This document shows positions 26,870 through 36,372 of a DNA stretch of 62,717 nucleotides, piece after piece. A program made the position numbers and the translations under genes. Where the stretch lies: the IMG/VR virus record IMGVR_UViG_3300037509_000107, positions 1-62,717 of that record, one strand, 5' to 3'. Source of the DNA: a virus (Duplodnaviria; Caudoviricetes). The notes beneath the pieces are model-generated. The model was not told the origin of the DNA. It was given only the letters and a program-made list of their open reading frames with translations, and searched no databases. Position 1 is the stretch's first letter. Every line of letters begins with the position of its first letter.

Positions 26870-27898
26870 GTGGGCGAGACCTCAATCGAGTGGACTGACC
26901 GAAGCTTGAACCCCATCCGCGCCCGGCTGCGCGACGCGGCGCACGCGGCGCTGGTCAGCGGCGGCTACGGGTCGGGCGTCGGCCACTACTGCGAGAAGAT
27001 CAGTCCCGGCTGCGCGATGTGCTACGCGTCCGGGTCGCAGCCGCGATTCGGCATGCCGGAGTTCCCCGGCGCCCGCAAGTCGCTTGTGACGCTGCCGGTG
27101 CTGATCGAGCGGGGGGCCGTGCCGGTGTCGGACCGGGTCGAACTGTTCTTTGACGATTCGAAACTTTGGGAGGTGATCCGGCGGCGGACGCCGACAAAGT
27201 GGTTCTGGTGCGACCAGACGGACCTGTTCGGGTCGTGGGTGCCGGACGCATGGATCGACCGGTGCTTCGCGACGATGGCCGTGACGCTCTGGCATACGCA
27301 CCAGATCCTGACCAAGCGCGTCGACCGGATGGCGGCGTATCTGCTGACACCCGGCCGGCTGGAGCGGATCGGTCGCGCGCTCACGCAGGAGATGGCCGAT
27401 CTGGCGCGGCAACGCGACCCGGGCCGCCTCGGGCTCGGCAAGGTCGACCCGCGGTGCGCCCCGGGCGGCTGGCCTTTCCTGAACGTCCACGTGGGTTTCA
27501 GTGCGGAGAATCAGGACTGGTGGGACCAGCGACTGCCCCACGCACGCGGGATCTCGGCGGACGGGTGGCTAATGTGGTGCTCGGCGGAGCCGTTGATCGG
27601 CCCCCTGAACGCATCCGGGGCGAGGGGCGTGCTGTCCTGGCTCGTGTGCGGCGGGGAGTCCGGCCCCGGCGCCCGCCGCTTCGACCTCGCGTGGGGCCGT
27701 GACATCGCCCGCCGGTGCGAGGCCGCCGGCGTCCCCGTGTTCATGAAGCAGATCGGCAGCAACGCGGGTTGGACCGACGCCGACGGCGACTGGCACCCCG
27801 TCCGCACGGCCGACCGCAAGGGTGGGACGCCGGAGCAGTGGCCGGACGGGTTCCCTCGCGTCCGCGAGTTCCCGCGGGCGGAGGTGGCCCATGCCTGA
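26870..27898 (+). CDS. Phage Gp37/Gp68 (DUF5131) family protein
   Basis: TSIEWTD..NP, CEKISPGCAMCYA, QILTKR, SAEPLIG, GGESGPGAR. Confidence 0.9.
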   Translation: MGETSIEWTDRSLNPIRARLRDAAHAALVSGGYGSGVGHYCEKISPGCAMCYASGSQPRFGMPEFPGARKSLVTLPVLIERGAVPVSDRVELFFDDSKLWEVIRRRTPTKWFWCDQTDLFGSWVPDAWIDRCFATMAVTLWHTHQILTKRVDRMAAYLLTPGRLERIGRALTQEMADLARQRDPGRLGLGKVDPRCAPGGWPFLNVHVGFSAENQDWWDQRLPHARGISADGWLMWCSAEPLIGPLNASGARGVLSWLVCGGESGPGARRFDLAWGRDIARRCEAAGVPVFMKQIGSNAGWTDADGDWHPVRTADRKGGTPEQWPDGFPRVREFPRAEVAHA

Positions 27899-28445
27899 GG
27901 CCACCCTGTTCCCCACTGCCGCCCGGTCCGGCGCGGGCCTCTCACCCTGTGGCCGCTACCGCTACTGGCTGACCCGCACGTGGGACCCGGCCGTGCCGCC
28001 GGTCTGCTGGCTGATGCTCAACCCGTCGACCGCCGACGCCTCGATCGACGATCCGACCATCCGCCGCTGCATGGCCTTCGCGCGGGCGTGGGGGGCGGGC
28101 GGGATCGCCGTCGTCAACCTGTTCGCCCTCCGCGCGACGGACCGGCGGGAACTACGCCGCCACCCGCACCCGGTCGCCGAGCAGGGGATCGGTGGCACGC
28201 ACCCGCTGTACGAGAACGTCAACGACGCCTGGATCATCAACCAGAGCGACGGCCGGCGGCTGATCGTGGCGTGGGGGTGCGAGGGGACTCATCTCGCTCG
28301 CGACCGAGCGGTGCTGAAGCTGCTGGCGAACCGTCGCGTCGAGTGCCTGGGTGTTACGAAGGACGGCCACCCCCGCCACCCGCTGTACCTCGCAGACGCG
28401 ACCCTGCCTCAGCCATTCAAGATGCCGGAGGTGGCCCATGCCTGA
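27879..28445 (+). repeat. 20-bp direct repeat flanking the DUF1643 gene
   Basis: CGGAGGTGGCCCATGCCTGA at 27879-27898 and 28426-28445. Confidence 0.85.
27891..28445 (+). CDS. DUF1643 family protein
   Basis: CGRYRYWLTRTW, MLNPSTADA..DDPTIRRC, GHPRHPLY. Confidence 0.9.
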   Translation: MPEATLFPTAARSGAGLSPCGRYRYWLTRTWDPAVPPVCWLMLNPSTADASIDDPTIRRCMAFARAWGAGGIAVVNLFALRATDRRELRRHPHPVAEQGIGGTHPLYENVNDAWIINQSDGRRLIVAWGCEGTHLARDRAVLKLLANRRVECLGVTKDGHPRHPLYLADATLPQPFKMPEVAHA

Positions 28446-28500
28446 ACTCCCCGCTGTCGCGGCGCCGGCTCGAGCGGGGAATTAGATCGGGAGGTACATC

Positions 28501-28722
28501 ATGCCCGCCACGATCAAGCCCCGCGACGGCACCAGCCCCACGTACCACTCGGCCCGCCACGCCTTCGTCCGCGCCGTCTACGCCGACGGCGCGCCGGTCG
28601 ACACCTACCGGTTCGGACGGGACGGGCCGCTCGCCGCCGACGACGTCGCCTACTGCGGGCGGGTCGTGCGGCACTGCTACCCGGGGCGGCGGGTGGAGGT
28701 GGTGGTGACGCAGGAGCGGTAA
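28501..28722 (+). CDS. Hypothetical protein
   Basis: GGAGGT RBS. Confidence 0.6.
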   Translation: MPATIKPRDGTSPTYHSARHAFVRAVYADGAPVDTYRFGRDGPLAADDVAYCGRVVRHCYPGRRVEVVVTQER

Positions 28723-28830
28723 GCCTTGCTCCCGTAGGGGGCCACCGAGGGGAGAGGGCGGGGCGAGGGGCGCTACCTTGGGGTCAGATACCAGAGGGGT
28801 GTCACCTGGGCTCAGTTGGTTGCCCGGCGT

Positions 28831-29214
28831 TCACGCCCCCACCGCCCCGACGTCCCCCAGTAGCCGCAGGATCTCCCGGCAGGCCCGCACGGTCTCCTGA
28901 TCGCTCTGGTGCCGGCGGAGGATCGTCTCAACGTGTACCCGCGACGCCCGTAACTTGACGCCCCGGGCGTGCCGGTCGCGGGTGTCCCGGGCGATGTGCT
29001 CCCGGTCGAAGCCCGCCTCCTTCTCCGCCGCCCGATCGATCCACTGCCCGACGCTACGGCGTTGCGGGTCCTCGGCCACCCAACCGAGCACGATCAGGCG
29101 CGTGTCGGCGTCGACCGTGCCGACGATCAGCGGGCGGTTACGGCGCTTGCGGGTTGGCTCGGGGGGAGGGGCAGCCGCGGCGACCGTCCCCCCGCTCGGC
29201 GACGGGTCGGCCAC
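28831..29214 (-). CDS. Hypothetical protein (possible DNA-binding), probably leaderless
   Basis: TGCTAAGAT 6 nt before GTG. Confidence 0.55.
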   Translation of the reverse strand: MADPSPSGGTVAAAAPPPEPTRKRRNRPLIVGTVDADTRLIVLGWVAEDPQRRSVGQWIDRAAEKEAGFDREHIARDTRDRHARGVKLRASRVHVETILRRHQSDQETVRACREILRLLGDVGAVGA

Positions 29215-29235
29215 GCCCCTATCTTAGCATCGGGC

Positions 29236-29472
29236 TTATCGCTTTTCAGGGACGGCCTTTATGTCCAGCGCGTCAAAGACGTGCCCGAGGTAGGTGCTCG
29301 TCATGTCGGTGGGGTTCTCGTCACGGAGGAAGCTGTAGACCGTCCCCTGCGGCACCTTCCCGGCCAACTCCTTGGCGAGCCGATAGGCGGTCCACTTCCG
29401 CCGCTTCAGTTCCTTCCGCACCGCGGCTCTCAGGTCGGGCATCGTGGGCGGCATGGTAGCAGTTGGGGGCAT
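29236..29472 (-). CDS. Cro/CI-type HTH regulator
   Basis: LKRRKWTAYRLAKEL...PQGTVYSFL; start uncertain. Confidence 0.75.
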   Translation of the reverse strand: MPPTATMPPTMPDLRAAVRKELKRRKWTAYRLAKELAGKVPQGTVYSFLRDENPTDMTSTYLGHVFDALDIKAVPEKR

Positions 29473-29487
29473 GGTGTCACCTTCGGT

Positions 29488-30207
29488 TCAGGCTTCGATT
29501 TCCTCTTCCTCATGAACAACTGGCTCCCCGTCGTCCTGCCGCCGGTGTGGCTTGTCGTACGCCCACCATCCGCACAGGTCGCACCACCGAAGGTGATCGC
29601 AGAGCCACCCGCCGTCGGTGTCGGGCAGATGGTCCCTGCACTTCTCGCACCAGTGGCACTCCGTGTCCCCCTCCATCACGTCGAACGGGTTCCACGTCCG
29701 CTTCCCCTGCTTACGATCCCACTCGGGCAGGAGCCGGGTTAGCTCCACCGGCCGCAGGATTCGCCTGTAGCCCTTCTTGAGCAGTTCGGCGTCCGAGACG
29801 GGGCGCATCTTCTCGCACCGCGTACCCTCCACGTACTCCATCGCCTTGACGCCCGGCGCCAGCCAGATCCGCGCGGGTGGCGGGTCCGGCTTGACGAAGG
29901 CCCCGTTGCAGTGCCAGACGTAAGGTTCGCCCCCGCCGCCGCTGTTGTGCCAGTAGTGCTGCTTGTCCCGCCGGCACCACTCGACGTCGTACCACTGGGC
30001 GCATTCGGTGACCGGGCGGGACTTGTCCCGTTCGTTGACCCACCACGGCTTCTTGGTCCAGTCGGACACGAGCCGCGTCTGGACCGCAAAGGCGTTCCGG
30101 CCGTGGTACTCGATGGCGGCGACGAACTCCTGTTTGCCGGACTCCTCGCCGTGAGGTTTGGTCAGCGTCGCGACGATCCGATCGAGCGTCATTGACGTCG
30201 TCTCCAT
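29488..30207 (-). CDS. Hypothetical protein with C-terminal Cys cluster
   Basis: CHWCEKC..., CDHLRWCDLCG. Confidence 0.6.
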   Translation of the reverse strand: METTSMTLDRIVATLTKPHGEESGKQEFVAAIEYHGRNAFAVQTRLVSDWTKKPWWVNERDKSRPVTECAQWYDVEWCRRDKQHYWHNSGGGGEPYVWHCNGAFVKPDPPPARIWLAPGVKAMEYVEGTRCEKMRPVSDAELLKKGYRRILRPVELTRLLPEWDRKQGKRTWNPFDVMEGDTECHWCEKCRDHLPDTDGGWLCDHLRWCDLCGWWAYDKPHRRQDDGEPVVHEEEEIEA

Positions 30208-30297
30208 TTCCCCGGCAACCCGGCCGGATCGGTTGATTACTTCAAAAGATCGTACTACAATAAAGAGAAGTAGTCAAACGCGAAATCGGGAGGCAGC

Positions 30298-30963
30298 ATG
30301 GCTGAGTCTTGGGACGACCGTACAGGGGAGCGGTTCGGGCGGTGGACGGTTACCGGGCCGTCTCGTCACATGGCCGGGGAGGTCATCGTGCCATGCCGCT
30401 GCGACTGCGGGACCGTGCAAGAGGTGTGGGCGGGCAACCTCCCGCGGGCCAACGGCTGCGCGAAATGCACGGCCACACCGCTCTCGGCCGGTACCCTGCG
30501 GCAGGCTCGCCCGGTGGAGTATCGAGCTTGGCAAGCGATGAAGCGGCGGTGCGTGGTGGACTACTCGGACCGCGGGATCAGGACGTGCCAAGGGTGGCGA
30601 CGGTCCTTCGCCCAATTCTTTGCCGATCTCGGCCCGCGTCCGTCCCCGGAGCACAGCGTCGACCGAAGGGACAATGACGGCCACTACTCGTGCGGGCGGT
30701 GTGACGAGTGTCGGGCCAACGCGTGGCCGATGAACTGCCGGTGGGCTACACGCTCAGAACAGGCCGTAAATCGTCGGTCGACCCAGACGATCACCGTCAA
30801 CGGCGTGACTCGGTGCTTCATGCACTGGGCCAAGTTGCTCGGCGTTGCGCCCCACACGATTAACAAGCGGTTGGCGTTGGGTTGGACTCCTGAGGAAGCC
30901 GCGGTCACTCCGAAGGGACAGCCGCGGCCGGGCAGACACATCAATGTGGGTGGATCAGTATAA
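30298..30963 (+). CDS. Free-standing HNH homing endonuclease
   Basis: DRTGERFGRWTV, CRCDCG, WQAMKRRC, SVDRRDNDGHY, NCRWATRSEQAVNRR. Confidence 0.88.
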   Translation: MAESWDDRTGERFGRWTVTGPSRHMAGEVIVPCRCDCGTVQEVWAGNLPRANGCAKCTATPLSAGTLRQARPVEYRAWQAMKRRCVVDYSDRGIRTCQGWRRSFAQFFADLGPRPSPEHSVDRRDNDGHYSCGRCDECRANAWPMNCRWATRSEQAVNRRSTQTITVNGVTRCFMHWAKLLGVAPHTINKRLALGWTPEEAAVTPKGQPRPGRHINVGGSV

Positions 30964-31094
30964 CCCGTCTCAAATCCTGCCGTAAATCCTTACACCCGCG
31001 GGCGTGCCGGCCGTTACTGTCCACATGGGTTCGACGTTGCCCCGCCCCTCTGGCGTGGGCGACCCTCTGTGGGCATCCAGACGAGAGGTCAGTC

Positions 31095-31712
31095 ATGGGC
31101 TTTGCGGCGGTGGCTGCGCATGCGCGCAACGGCGGCGGTTCCAAGGGCGGGTTCCCGGCGGAGTACAAGCGGATGCCTCCGGCCCGAAAGCGGGAGTGGC
31201 TCGCGGGCGACGACGCGGCAGAGCGTGTCCGAGACGGCCGGATCCAGTTCAACCAGATCGCCAAGGAAACAAAGAACTTAGAGAAGGCGAGGGTGCGGAT
31301 CGGCGTCACCGTGCCGAGCCCCGCCCGGCTGGACGAGCAGCAGAGCACCGGCGCCCCCTTCCCGCCGCAGGCCGACGACCCGGCGAGCCAGATGCGCACG
31401 GCCGACCGCCTGCTCAACCCCCAAGCGGAGGCGCGGGTCCTCTGGCCGACGTCGTACCTCTCCGGCCCGCCCGGCGCGGTGGCCACGTTCGACGTCGTGG
31501 TGTGGGACGACCTCAAGCGGCGGGCGAGAAACGAGGGGTGCGGCGACCACGAGCCCGACGCCGGCGGCACCGAGAGCTGTAGCGCCGCCTCCATCCAGCA
31601 AGCCATCGAGTCGCCCCGGCTGGTCGTCGAGTGCAAGCTGGAGCCGGAGAGCACGGCGGCCCTGCTGCGCGAGATCCAGTCCTACCACGCGACACAAACG
31701 CTCGTCGTCTGA
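31095..31712 (+). CDS. Hypothetical protein
   Basis: GAGG RBS, GC3-rich codons. Confidence 0.6.
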   Translation: MGFAAVAAHARNGGGSKGGFPAEYKRMPPARKREWLAGDDAAERVRDGRIQFNQIAKETKNLEKARVRIGVTVPSPARLDEQQSTGAPFPPQADDPASQMRTADRLLNPQAEARVLWPTSYLSGPPGAVATFDVVVWDDLKRRARNEGCGDHEPDAGGTESCSAASIQQAIESPRLVVECKLEPESTAALLREIQSYHATQTLVV

Positions 31713-31780
31713 AACCGCCGCGGCGCGATTCTGCGGCGGTTTTGTGAACTGAAAAGGGGTAAGGGTAGAGGGGCATACAC

Positions 31781-32053
31781 ATGGACACCCCGGCGACCCC
31801 CGAGCTGAAGCTGACCCGCCGCGAGCAGATCACGCTCGCCGCGAAGTACCACGAGGGCCGGGTCCGCACGAACAAGGAACTGGCCGAGCGGTTCGGGGTG
31901 AAGGAGCCGGCGATCTCCATGCGGATCGCCCGGGCCCTGGCCAAGCTGGGCCGCTCGCCGTTGGCCACCGTCCAAGCCTACGCCGGTCGCCTCCGCCGCG
32001 GGGGCAAGCGGGCCCGGGTCTACCCGATCTCGCTGTCCCTGCTAACCGTCTGA
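31781..32053 (+). CDS. Sigma-70 region-4-like HTH protein (candidate late regulator)
   Basis: LTRREQ..L...Y....TNKELAERFGV....ISMRIARALAKL. Confidence 0.7.
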   Translation: MDTPATPELKLTRREQITLAAKYHEGRVRTNKELAERFGVKEPAISMRIARALAKLGRSPLATVQAYAGRLRRGGKRARVYPISLSLLTV

Positions 32054-32072
32054 CGCCCCTGCCGCCGCCACC

Positions 32073-32333
32073 GTGCCCCGCGACTACATCCCATCCAAGA
32101 CCTTCGCCGACGGCCGGAGCGTGGCCGCGCCGACGCCCGCTGGCGGCGCGACGTGGCAGCCGCCGTACACCGCGGGCCACGGGCGGCTCAAGCCGACCCT
32201 GGACGGCGAGCCCGTGCCCGGCGCCTTCGCCGCGTGCGAGGGGCCGGCGGGGTGGGTGCGGTACGTCGGCCGCGACGGCGAGATCCGCGAGCGGGGCGGT
32301 GTCGTGCGGGTCATCCCGGGCGACCGGGCATAA
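32073..32333 (+). CDS. Hypothetical protein
   Basis: ORF in late operon. Confidence 0.5.
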   Translation: MPRDYIPSKTFADGRSVAAPTPAGGATWQPPYTAGHGRLKPTLDGEPVPGAFAACEGPAGWVRYVGRDGEIRERGGVVRVIPGDRA

Positions 32334-32413
32334 CGAGCCTCAGCCGGTTTCCCGTCCGGACCCGCCCGCCCATCCAGCCCACCGGACGGACCGGCTCTTC
32401 TTCCAACGCACCC

Positions 32414-32659
32414 ATGGCCGCCACCGCCGTCATCCCCCTGCCGCCCGGGTTCGACCCCTACGCGCCGCTCTACGGCGAGGGCGTCGCCCGGGAGATGACC
32501 TGCGAGCAGTTCGCCGGGCTCGCCCGGGCCAACGGCTGGAGCGGCGCGGTCGTCAACCTCGTGCTCGACCGCCAGCCGATCGGCGGCCGCCCGGCACGGG
32601 TACCGGCGAGAATCCAAATGGGCAGGTTGCTCTGCCGCATCACCGACGCCCGCGCATGA
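32414..32659 (+). CDS. Hypothetical protein
   Basis: ATG 32414, coupled to next ORF. Confidence 0.5.
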   Translation: MAATAVIPLPPGFDPYAPLYGEGVAREMTCEQFAGLARANGWSGAVVNLVLDRQPIGGRPARVPARIQMGRLLCRITDARA

Positions 32660-32748
32660 CCCCCGACCAGCTCGGCTACGCCCTGATCTTCGCCGCGTAC
32701 CTCGGCCCCGCGCTGGTCGTGGCGCGCTGGGTCCGCCGCGGCTGGTAA
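32656..32748 (+). CDS. 30-aa membrane peptide
   Basis: MTPDQLGYALIFAAYLGPALVVARWVRRGW. Confidence 0.5.
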   Translation: MTPDQLGYALIFAAYLGPALVVARWVRRGW

Positions 32749-32837
32749 CCGCCCGCGCCGACACCGCCGGCACCCCTGCTGGCCACGGGACGACCCCGGC
32801 GGCCGGCGCGGGCCGACAAGCCACAAGGACCGACCGA

Positions 32838-33029
32838 ATGAGCCCTGCCACGCTCGCCGCCCTCGCCCGGAACCCGCGGACCCGCCACCTGCCTGAGGTG
32901 CAGCGCGGGCTGGCGATCCCGATGGGCGGGGTGATCGTCCGCAAGAAGGACGTGCTGAACCACCGGTACCTGGCCGCACACGGCCTGCCGCACTCGCCGA
33001 CGATGGCCGGCGTGTTCATCGGCCGCTGA
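32838..33029 (+). CDS. Hypothetical protein
   Basis: AAGGA RBS. Confidence 0.5.
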   Translation: MSPATLAALARNPRTRHLPEVQRGLAIPMGGVIVRKKDVLNHRYLAAHGLPHSPTMAGVFIGR

Positions 33030-33032
33030 CCC

Positions 33033-33428
33033 GTGCCCCTCCGCCGCCGCCGCCCCCGCCGCGACAAGCCGAAGCGGCCGGAAGGCTACTACGCCGGCTG
33101 CCCGATCCCCAAGCCCGGCCACGGCCGGGCCGACCGGAACCGCCGCGACGGCCTGCCGCTGGCGCCCGACGTCCGGATCGTCGACGAGGCCGTGCTCAAC
33201 TGGGCCCGGGCCCGCGGCGTGTGCGAGGTGTGCGGGCGGATCGTGAAGACGGAGCCGCTTCACATAAAAACTGTTGGGAGCGGGGGAAGCGACACCTACG
33301 CCAACGTGGCCGCGGGGTGTAGAGCGTGCCACGACGCGACCCAGGACGACGGAGAGCGAGGGAAAGAGGTACTGCGGGCGGCAGTCCGCCGTCGGAGGGC
33401 GTATCCCGATGGAAGACCTCAACTCTGA
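33033..33428 (+). CDS. HNH-fold nuclease-like protein
   Basis: CEVCG....EPLHIKTVGSGGSD...NV...CRACH. Confidence 0.7.
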   Translation: MPLRRRRPRRDKPKRPEGYYAGCPIPKPGHGRADRNRRDGLPLAPDVRIVDEAVLNWARARGVCEVCGRIVKTEPLHIKTVGSGGSDTYANVAAGCRACHDATQDDGERGKEVLRAAVRRRRAYPDGRPQL

Positions 33429-33467
33429 CATCGACGACCTGGTGATCTGACCCTCGCCCGCCAGCCG

Positions 33468-33623
33468 ATGCCCGACAACGTTGCCCAACTCCAACGGATC
33501 TACCGTATCCACGAGCGGCTGCGGCGGCGCGGGTCGATGCTCACCCCCGACCAGTTGGCCTCCGAGTGGATCCACCGCGGCTACGCCCAACTGTGGCGAC
33601 GCCGAAAGAACCGCCGACCGTGA
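33468..33623 (+). CDS. Small hypothetical protein
   Basis: 51 aa, not in track; LASEWIHRGYAQLWR; GTGA coupling. Confidence 0.45.
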   Translation: MPDNVAQLQRIYRIHERLRRRGSMLTPDQLASEWIHRGYAQLWRRRKNRRP

Positions 33624-33793
33624 GCACCAGCAGCAGCCAGCCTCACCGCCTCGACCGCGCGGCGTCCGCCCCGACGCCCAAGCCGCCGCAGGCCTGGTGG
33701 CTGTCCACCCCCTTCCAACAACCGGAAGTTCGGCCGGAGACGGCCGAGGAGCGGCGCGAGCGACAGGCACGGGCACGGACGCACAACCAGTAG
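33620..33793 (+). CDS. Small hypothetical protein
   Basis: GTGA overlap. Confidence 0.4.
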   Translation: MSTSSSQPHRLDRAASAPTPKPPQAWWLSTPFQQPEVRPETAEERRERQARARTHNQ

Positions 33794-33803
33794 GACCGAC
33801 CCC

Positions 33804-34205
33804 ATGAAGATCCGCGAACGAATCACCTTCGCCCTGCTGACCATCCTCGTCCTCGCCGCCGGCGCGCTGTGCGCCGCCGGCTGCGCCACCGCCCCGCCGC
33901 CGACGATCCCCCAGGTGACGAGCGGCCGCACCGCGCTGGCCGCGACCGAGATCGGCATCAACGCCACGGCCACCGCCGCCGAGAAGCGCAAGGCCCGGCC
34001 GTGGGTGCTGACCGTCCGTGCCTACCTCGACGCGACGGAGGCCGCCGCCCGCGCCGCCCTGCCCGTGCCTCCAACGGCCAAGGACCTCGCCGACCTGGCG
34101 GCGTTGGACGCGGCCCGTGCGATCCAGCGCGCGGCTGACGAGGCGTTCGACGCCGTGTGGGCCGCCGCACGACTCACGTTCCCGGCGACGCGGCCGACCG
34201 AATAA
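33804..34205 (+). CDS. Lipoprotein (possible lysis/spanin-type)
   Basis: Basic N-term, hydrophobic core, lipobox CAAG-C. Confidence 0.65.
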   Translation: MKIRERITFALLTILVLAAGALCAAGCATAPPPTIPQVTSGRTALAATEIGINATATAAEKRKARPWVLTVRAYLDATEAAARAALPVPPTAKDLADLAALDAARAIQRAADEAFDAVWAAARLTFPATRPTE

Positions 34206-34250
34206 CCCCCTATGAGCCCGCGAGGGCACCGCCGTAGGAGTGCCCCGCGC

Positions 34251-34634
34251 ATGCCGACCGAACCGATCGCCAACGTCCTGCCCGCGTGGGCGCAGATCCT
34301 GCTCGCCGCCATTACCGCCGGCGGGATCATCGACCGCACGTTCGCCCACTTCACCCGCCGCGCGCGGCTCGCCGCGGCCACCGCCAAGGGTGAGCAGGCC
34401 GCGGCCGAGAAGCTCCGGGCCGAGCTGTTCGCGATCGTCGACCGCCAGCAGGCGCAGATCGACGCGCAGGCAAAGAAGATCGAAGGGCTGGAGACGGACC
34501 GCCAGCGGCTCTCCGAAGAGAACACCGCCCTCAAAACGCGGTGCCAGCACCTGGAGGGGGAGATCGTCGACCTCCGCCGCCGGCTGAACCGGAAGGAAGA
34601 CCGGCCCGGCAACCCTGGCCTCGTGCAGACCTGA
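34251..34634 (+). CDS. Membrane-anchored coiled-coil protein (holin/spanin-like)
   Basis: AGGAG RBS; N-term TM plus coiled coil. Confidence 0.6.
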   Translation: MPTEPIANVLPAWAQILLAAITAGGIIDRTFAHFTRRARLAAATAKGEQAAAEKLRAELFAIVDRQQAQIDAQAKKIEGLETDRQRLSEENTALKTRCQHLEGEIVDLRRRLNRKEDRPGNPGLVQT

Positions 34635-34639
34635 TCCCC

Positions 34640-35050
34640 ATGCCCCGCCGCCCTACCGCTGACAGTTTCAGCCGCTGGATGTGGCCGACGGTAATCGCCG
34701 TCGTCGCCTACGTCCTGCTGGCGATCGCGTCGGCCGCGGCGCGCGGGCGGGAGACGTGCCCCGCCGAGGCTAAGGCCGCGGCGGAGCAGTACCCGCGGCC
34801 GAACGACATCGAGCTCGCCATCCTCGGCCGGTGCGTGCCCGCCGACGTGCCCGCCGCGGTCTACCTGGCGACGGTCTACGACCTCCCCGACGGCACGCTG
34901 GTCCTGATCTACGGCGGGGACGTCGACCTGTGGGACCGTTGGATGATCCGCCGGGCACTGGAGATCAGCCAGCCGGGCAGGCGGCTGGAGTGGGTGTACG
35001 TCGAGCCGCCGCCCGTCGAAGAGGGGCCGCCGCCGGAGATGCTGGAATAG
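34640..35050 (+). CDS. Membrane/secreted hypothetical protein
   Basis: TM helix VIAVVAYVLLAIASAAA. Confidence 0.55.
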   Translation: MPRRPTADSFSRWMWPTVIAVVAYVLLAIASAAARGRETCPAEAKAAAEQYPRPNDIELAILGRCVPADVPAAVYLATVYDLPDGTLVLIYGGDVDLWDRWMIRRALEISQPGRRLEWVYVEPPPVEEGPPPEMLE

Positions 35051-35054
35051 CCCT

Positions 35055-36350
35055 TTGAACATCGAAGCCCAGAACATCCGCAGCGCGCTGGTCGACTGCC
35101 GCGACGGCACCCCCCACCGAGCCCCGCTGCTCCTGGTGACGTGGCCCCGCCTGCGGAAGCTGATCGTCCAGTCGGCCAGGCAGCACGGCGCCACCGAACT
35201 GGCCGGCCAGCCCCCGACCGGGATCACGCTCAAGCCGACAGCCCCCGCTGACCTCCTCACCGTGGAGATCCAGCACGGGCGGAAGTGGTTCCAGCTCAAG
35301 GCCCTCTCCCCCGAGTTGCGGCAAGCGATCGCCGAGTCTTCTGGTTGGCGACCCCCCGCGCCGCCCCCGCCGGTGACGCCCCCGCCGCCGGCGATGCCCC
35401 CGCTCACCCGGAAGGTGGCCGAGGGGGAAGGCCCCCGCGGGAACGGCGTCGTCTGCCGCGGCGGCGACCACACGATCCGCGACTGCCACTACGACAACTT
35501 CGAGCAGAACATCGTGGCCGAGGGGTGCGGGTCGCTGTCGCTGACCAACGTCCGCAGCGTCAACGCCTACCGCGACAACCCCGCGCAGCAGTACGAGGGC
35601 CAGGGCCTGTACGCCCGCGACGTGCGGGGCGGCGTCACCCTCCGCGGCTGCGTCCTGGGCGACAACGGCTGGCGGGCCGGCAAACCCGTCGCCGGGCGGT
35701 CCAAGTACCGGCACAACCTGTACATGGACTTCGGCGCGCCGGTCGACATGGAAGACTGCATCGTCTTTCGCGCGCCAAACTGCGGCCTGCAAACGCGGGC
35801 CGGCGGGCGGGTGAAGAACTGCGTGTTCATCGACTGCGGCATTGGCATCATCAACTCGATGGGGTCGCTGGTCGCGGAGGGCGTGGACATCATCGGCGGC
35901 CGGTACTACTGCGAGCCGTCCGGCAACTGGGGCGGGATGCTCGGCGTCCTCGCCCACCACCCGACCACCCTGCGGGACGTGCGGATCCTCCCGCTCGCCG
36001 GGCAGTTCGAGGGCGACGAGGCCGCGCGCAACGCCGGCGGCCGGATGTTCTGGGGTCCGGCGCTGTCGGCCCGCACGATGCCCAAGCACTTCATCGACGG
36101 CCACCCGCGGTACAAGCCGCCCGGCACCCGCAAGCTGTTCGCCTGCGAGAACGTGCTGGTCAAGGGGTGGCAAGAGCCGAAGGTCACCGGCGACCTCGAC
36201 GGCGACCAGTCGTGGGCCGGCGTCCGGCACGTGGCGGGGTCGGTGACGCTGGACTACCAGCCGATCCTCGACCTCGTTCTGGCGAACGAAATCCCGGTGG
36301 TCGAAGGGGTCCGCCGCCTCCGCGACGCCGCGGCCGCCGCGGTGAACTAA
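35055..36350 (+). CDS. Right-handed beta-helix (pectin-lyase-like) protein
   Basis: Repeats TIRDC, SLTNV, VTLRGCVLGDNG, HNLY, MEDCIV, VKNCVFIDCG. Confidence 0.7.
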   Translation: MNIEAQNIRSALVDCRDGTPHRAPLLLVTWPRLRKLIVQSARQHGATELAGQPPTGITLKPTAPADLLTVEIQHGRKWFQLKALSPELRQAIAESSGWRPPAPPPPVTPPPPAMPPLTRKVAEGEGPRGNGVVCRGGDHTIRDCHYDNFEQNIVAEGCGSLSLTNVRSVNAYRDNPAQQYEGQGLYARDVRGGVTLRGCVLGDNGWRAGKPVAGRSKYRHNLYMDFGAPVDMEDCIVFRAPNCGLQTRAGGRVKNCVFIDCGIGIINSMGSLVAEGVDIIGGRYYCEPSGNWGGMLGVLAHHPTTLRDVRILPLAGQFEGDEAARNAGGRMFWGPALSARTMPKHFIDGHPRYKPPGTRKLFACENVLVKGWQEPKVTGDLDGDQSWAGVRHVAGSVTLDYQPILDLVLANEIPVVEGVRRLRDAAAAAVN

Positions 36351-36372
36351 CGCCCCCGAAGGGGAGCCGCCC

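Noticed and set aside
30208-30297. Possible fifth copy of the nuclease leader before HNH 30298
   Set aside because: AT-rich promoter-like, but lacks the GCCTGATTTTCC box and GACCT anti-SD
31000-31090. GGGTTCGAC T-loop-like sequence
   Set aside because: Could not build a cloverleaf around it
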